In this document: positions 35,852-39,894 of the stretch, piece after piece | Position numbering within the stretch: the first letter of the stretch is position 1 | Layout: every line of letters starts with the position of its first letter | From: Jimgerdemannia flammicorona | Taxonomy: Eukaryota | Length of the DNA: 39,894 nt | Reading direction: 5' to 3' | NCBI GenBank assembly: GCA_003990765.1 | Contig: RBNJ01000131.1 | Coordinates: 1-39,894 of the forward strand | Notes under the pieces: model-generated | Databases searched by the model: none | The model's input: the letters and a program-made list of their open reading frames with translations, nothing else | What the model was told of the DNA's origin: nothing | Position numbers and translations under genes: made by a program

Positions 35852-36340
35852 ATGACCACTGAGATCTATAACTGCATCCGCGCTGACATTTGGAATGCCA
35901 TTGTCAACCGAGCCACACCCCCTCTGCCCCTCATGAATATCCATAGCCTGGCACCCCTCTACTTCATGGAAGCCCAATGGAACGCCCTGAACATGCTTAA
36001 CGAGGCCCACCGAATCGGACAAATCTCAAGCTACTACCAGATCAGCCACCTCCTGGAAGACATGGTCGAATACCACCATGATACAGACATTACCCAGATG
36101 TCTCAACACCAGAAGCTCATCGCCCGCAAACATCGAGAACTCTTCTATGAGTACAATACCTTTATTTCCCGCCTCCGAGTCACTACCAGTGAAATGGTTG
36201 CTACCCTGTCCTATGGCCAAATCGATGACATGATACAAGAACTCAACCACAAGTACCTCGAGTATGTCAAAACCACAGACAGAACCTTCCCGCACCCTGA
36301 TGACCATATCCTACAAATGCCTCAAGTCAGTACGCCATGA
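35852..36340 (+). CDS. Uninterrupted LTR-encoded accessory protein (162 aa from ATG 35852; 181 aa from 35795), related to ORF3 of A and the LTR ORF of B
   Basis: SYYQISHLL...MSQHQKLIARKHRELFYEYNTFISRLRVTTSEMVATLS motif; no internal stop. Confidence 0.75.
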   Translation: MTTEIYNCIRADIWNAIVNRATPPLPLMNIHSLAPLYFMEAQWNALNMLNEAHRIGQISSYYQISHLLEDMVEYHHDTDITQMSQHQKLIARKHRELFYEYNTFISRLRVTTSEMVATLSYGQIDDMIQELNHKYLEYVKTTDRTFPHPDDHILQMPQVSTP

Positions 36341-36948
36341 AGGACGTCTATGATATAATCCAATTCGACAAAGATGAAGCAGAAGACAATGATCCCTCTG
36401 ACGCTGACATGACCTCTAGCCAAGGATCTCTGCCAACCCTGATCACTCCACCAACCTTGCTGATGAACTTACAACAGTTCATAACCACATACGAGACTTA
36501 TTGAGACAATGACTACTGGTACAAATACCAACCCGCGTTTACCCCTGATTACTTCAATTACAATAAAGAGACCAGAGAACACAACCTGTACCTCCAAACA
36601 ACCCTAGAGATTGAACCAACAACCCCACCACCTGAGTACGAATGACATGAACCACAGCCGCCAGCTTACTACAACCCTGCGACTCATAGTGCTGTAACCT
36701 ATAGAAGGTATACAGACAGTGAATCCGATGAAAGCGAAGACAGTACACCCATCCTTTGCCCACCAACACCTTATCCAGCATATGAAACAGACAATGCTAT
36801 CCTGTGGGATGGAGATGAAGTCCCAATATATTACTATCTCAGCCAACAAGGAGAAGTAATCCGTGAACCACTATTCCTAGACGACTACTTCATCAGAGAT
36901 GATGCAATTAATGGTGATGTCATCGAGGACTACCCAGATAGTGCCTAA
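36337..36948 (+). pseudogene. Second LTR-C ORF: 203 codons, acidic and Pro/Tyr-rich, two PPxY motifs
   Basis: ATGA overlap with the upstream ORF; two internal TGA (probably from CGA); MKDVYDIIQFDKDEAED...TTPPPEYE*HEPQPPAYY...EDYPDSA*. Confidence 0.65.
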
Positions 36949-39894
36949 ACCTATAAATAGTCTAGCAGTCATAGTATAGATAGATTAGCCTTGTACGACG
37001 TAACTGTGAACTGACTCAGCAGTCAGACGATCTCTTGACATGTCAGATCACACTTGTACTACATGACTGCATTCCAACTCAGCAAAGCACTTAGTGCTAC
37101 ATCCATATTCAGCATAGTCCAGATAGCTCCTCACTAGTATAAATACCCCCTCTCCCAGACCTCAGAATCTCAGACTTGAACAAATCCAAACACAACTCCT
37201 GAGCACTTCCCCACAATACCCCTTCACACAAATACTCCTAGTATAGCAATATCATGAATAGCAAATAAACCTATTCCATAACCCACAAACCACTCTTAAG
37301 TAAATCCACTCCCTATTAGGTCCCACTTCTAACCCCATCACGAAATTCCCTAATTGGGTATTGTCTGCAGCGATATGCCAATTCAACTAAGCTGGTCTTA
37401 GTTTCTTGAACTTCCTGAAATACAGAAAATCCTGAACATCCAGAACTAGTCCAAAAAAGGACTTTGGTTGAGACGTCAACCCAATCTTGAAATCAATAAG
37501 CATAGAGGATGTACTCCATACAAAATTGATCTTGACCATAAGAAAACGGTCTTCCAGAACATCCAGAATATCCAGAAAACCTTTCCAGAACTACGTAATG
37601 GTCACCCTAAAAAGTGACCCTCTTACATTACTGGTGCAGGAGGAGGAGATCCAGAGTGTCCTGGCAGCAACTAAGCTTGGGACGGCGCCAGGGGAGGATG
37701 GATTGCCTTGGGACTTCTGGAAGAAGATGGTTAATGTCCCCAGAGTATTGGGTGAGATGGCTGATCTTTGTGACCATGTCATTCAGAGTAGTGGGTGGGT
37801 TGGAGAGCAGGATCTGGGTCTGGTGGCCTTACTGTACAAAGACAAGAGAAGGAGGGAAGATTGGAAGAACTGGAGGCCAATTATGCTTCTGGATATGGAC
37901 AGGAAGATGGTGACTAAGGTGATTATCGCAAGGCTGCAGAAGGTTGCCCAACAGGTGCTGGGGGAAGAGCAGAGGGGCTTTGTTGGGGGCAGGCTAATAA
38001 GAGATGGGACTGCATGGGTTCATGGTATCATTGAAGGGGCCCAGGCCTGTGGACTGGATGGAAGGTTGGTCTTTCTGGACCAGGAGAAGGCCTATGACCA
38101 TGTATAGTGGGTGTGGCTGGGAAAAGTGTTGGACCGAATTGGTGTTTCTCCAACATTTAGGTCCTCTATGTTGAGTCTGCTGGATAGTAGTCGGGCAGCT
38201 CTGATGTGTAATGGTTACCATGGGAGGGCATTTCCCTTGGGAAGGGGAGTACCTCAGGGGGACCCTCTATCCCCGATTCTCTATGCCCTGTCACTGGAGC
38301 TGTTAATGGATAGGATTTGCCAGAAGGTAGCAGGGCTCTCTATATATGGTATAGTGTGGAAGGTGGGGGCCTTTGCTGATGATATGGTGGTTGGACTTGG
38401 GTCTGTGGTGGATATTGAGGCACTTCAGGAGACTGTGGAATGGTATGAGGCTCATTCAGGGGCAAAACTCAACTGGCATAAGTGTGAGACAATGGTGCTA
38501 GGGAATGGGCTAGTGGGTGGGGACATCATTGGAACAATTATCCCTACTGGTGAGGTGGTGTGGTATCTGGGCATCTTCCTCTCTGTATATGGTTCTGTCT
38601 TGCCACAAGTGTGGTGAGAGGGCAGGGTGAATAGTTGGGGGGAGGCCCTTCGTGGATGGGGAGGCCGCCATATCTCTCTAGCAGGGCGAGTGTCGATCCT
38701 GAATGTATATTGGTTCCCGAAGCTATGGTATGTGGCATATCACCTCAACTTCCCAGCGTGGGTGGTGAAGAAGCTGATGAAGGTGGCTAGAGATTGGATT
38801 TGGGTGGAGAGGAGGTCCCAGGTCAGTTGGGATACTCTTGTGAGACCAGTAGTCAGGGGAGGTCTTGGTCTGGTGGATTTCTCTAAGAGGCTGCACTGCT
38901 TGAGAGCCTGGTGGTTGAAGAGAGCTGTGGAACTGCAGGGTGGAGGTTGGGTGCCTCTGCTGCAGAAGGTATGGGAGATGCGAACATCCCCCTGAGGGTC
39001 CTCTGGAGATCTGCTCTCTTTGGTGGGGCTGAATGGAGTTCAGAGGCTGTAGTTCAAGGGCTTTTGGTGGGGAGTGGCTGATGGAGCACACCAAATTGGT
39101 CTGCGATGGTAAGGTAATGAGGGGGAGGCAGTATGGGGGCCTAATATGTGGTGTTGGGATAGACTGCTCCTGGGGAGTACTCCACTGGCTGTGTTCGATA
39201 TTGGGGAGAGAGTGGAGTGTCAGCAGGGGCTTGGCCAGGACCTTTGGCCGAGTAGCTGGCAGGCAGTTGGAATTGGAGAGGAGTGGGATTGGGCAGGCAT
39301 CTGGTCTTGGAGTGCTGAGGTATGGAGATGGCTTCCTCCCAAGTTCTGGGTGGTATGGTGGCGAATGCTGCAGAGGAATATCATGCTGAATTTCCACTCG
39401 AGGCATTTAGTAGAGGGTGGACAATTTGACTGTAAGGAGTATTATGGTGTTGGGCAGGCTGGGGGTCATGTACAGACACCAGAACATTGGCTGGGAGAGT
39501 GTGAGGTCTTGGGGGAATTTTGGGCTGAGATAGGGGATAGACTGGGTGTGGGGCGTCGGCGGGTGGGGGAGGGGGGTCGCTGGGAGGACTTAAGATCTCA
39601 GCTTATAGGTGGGGTGGGGGATAGTTGGCTCACTGTAGGATGGGTGTTCGCAGTATGAGTGGGACTGGCGGGCCATTGGTTTTTTGTATTTAAAGAGGGA
39701 CAGCAGTTGGGGCTGTATGAGAAGGTGTTAAGGTGGGAGGTGCTGGTGGGGGATCTGCTGACCAGATGGTGGGTGGGTTGGGGTCCTCAGGGAGGACAAT
39801 GTCATGGTTTGGTGATGATGATCTGTGAGCAGAGTGGTGGGAGGGTGGGGATGTTTTTCGACAAAGTGGTCTTTCACAGAGAATGGGTAGGGGG

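Larger units (their letters stand above)
35564..37627 (+). repeat. Solo LTR, family C variant 1 (2064 bp), carrying two ORFs
   Basis: Perfect TGTAAG...CTTACA termini; TSD TTACC (35559-35563) / TTACT (37628-37632); LINE frame ...DLILP|VQEEEI is restored on excision; TATAAATA ~37138, AATAAA ~37264. Confidence 0.93.
35383..39894 (+). mobile_element. 5'-truncated L1/Tx1-like non-LTR retrotransposon (ORF2: RT plus C-terminal Zn motif), interrupted by solo LTR C; runs off the window
   Basis: TAPGEDGLP, NWRPIMLLDMDRK, QRGFVGGR, LDQEKAYDHV, GVPQGDPLSP, FADD, LNWHK, YLG, SLAGRV, RGGLGL, CKEY...EHWLGEC; no endonuclease domain present. Confidence 0.93.

Noticed and set aside
37487-38107. 206-aa ORF as a novel RT with an unusual N-terminus
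   Set aside because: Chance fusion: the first ~47 codons are the 3' end of solo LTR C read into LINE ORF2; the same peptide appears at 28451-28558 in the other LTR

Overview
Eukaryotic, most likely fungal, repeat-only DNA with no recognisable host gene. It is a stack of nested, mostly pseudogenised transposons. (1) An old dUTPase-bearing Ty3/Gypsy element E (144-~16880) is interrupted by a complete minus-strand Gypsy element B (4307-13720; ~1.6-kb LTRs; TSD ATAG), which itself carries an hAT-type MITE. (2) A decayed hAT transposase is interrupted by a complete plus-strand Gypsy element A (19660-26362; 467-bp LTRs; TSD CTAT). (3) Several solo LTRs follow, then a second A-family copy D (~30945-35382) that holds a poly(A)-only insertion and is cut by an L1/Tx1-like LINE, which in turn carries a 2-kb solo LTR. 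Decay is almost entirely C>T/G>A at CpG and CpA (RIP-like). The most interesting signal is one uncharacterised accessory protein family, motif Y-x(1-2)-[IL]G-x2-L...IA[KR][KR]-x3-[LI]F-x9-L, carried by three unrelated LTR families: after the integrase in family A and inside the LTR itself in families B and C. Family C LTRs keep their termini but swap the internal cargo, and several ORFs are joined by start/stop overlaps (ATGAATAA, ATGGCTAG, ATGA). All alignments, translations and counts were done by eye.
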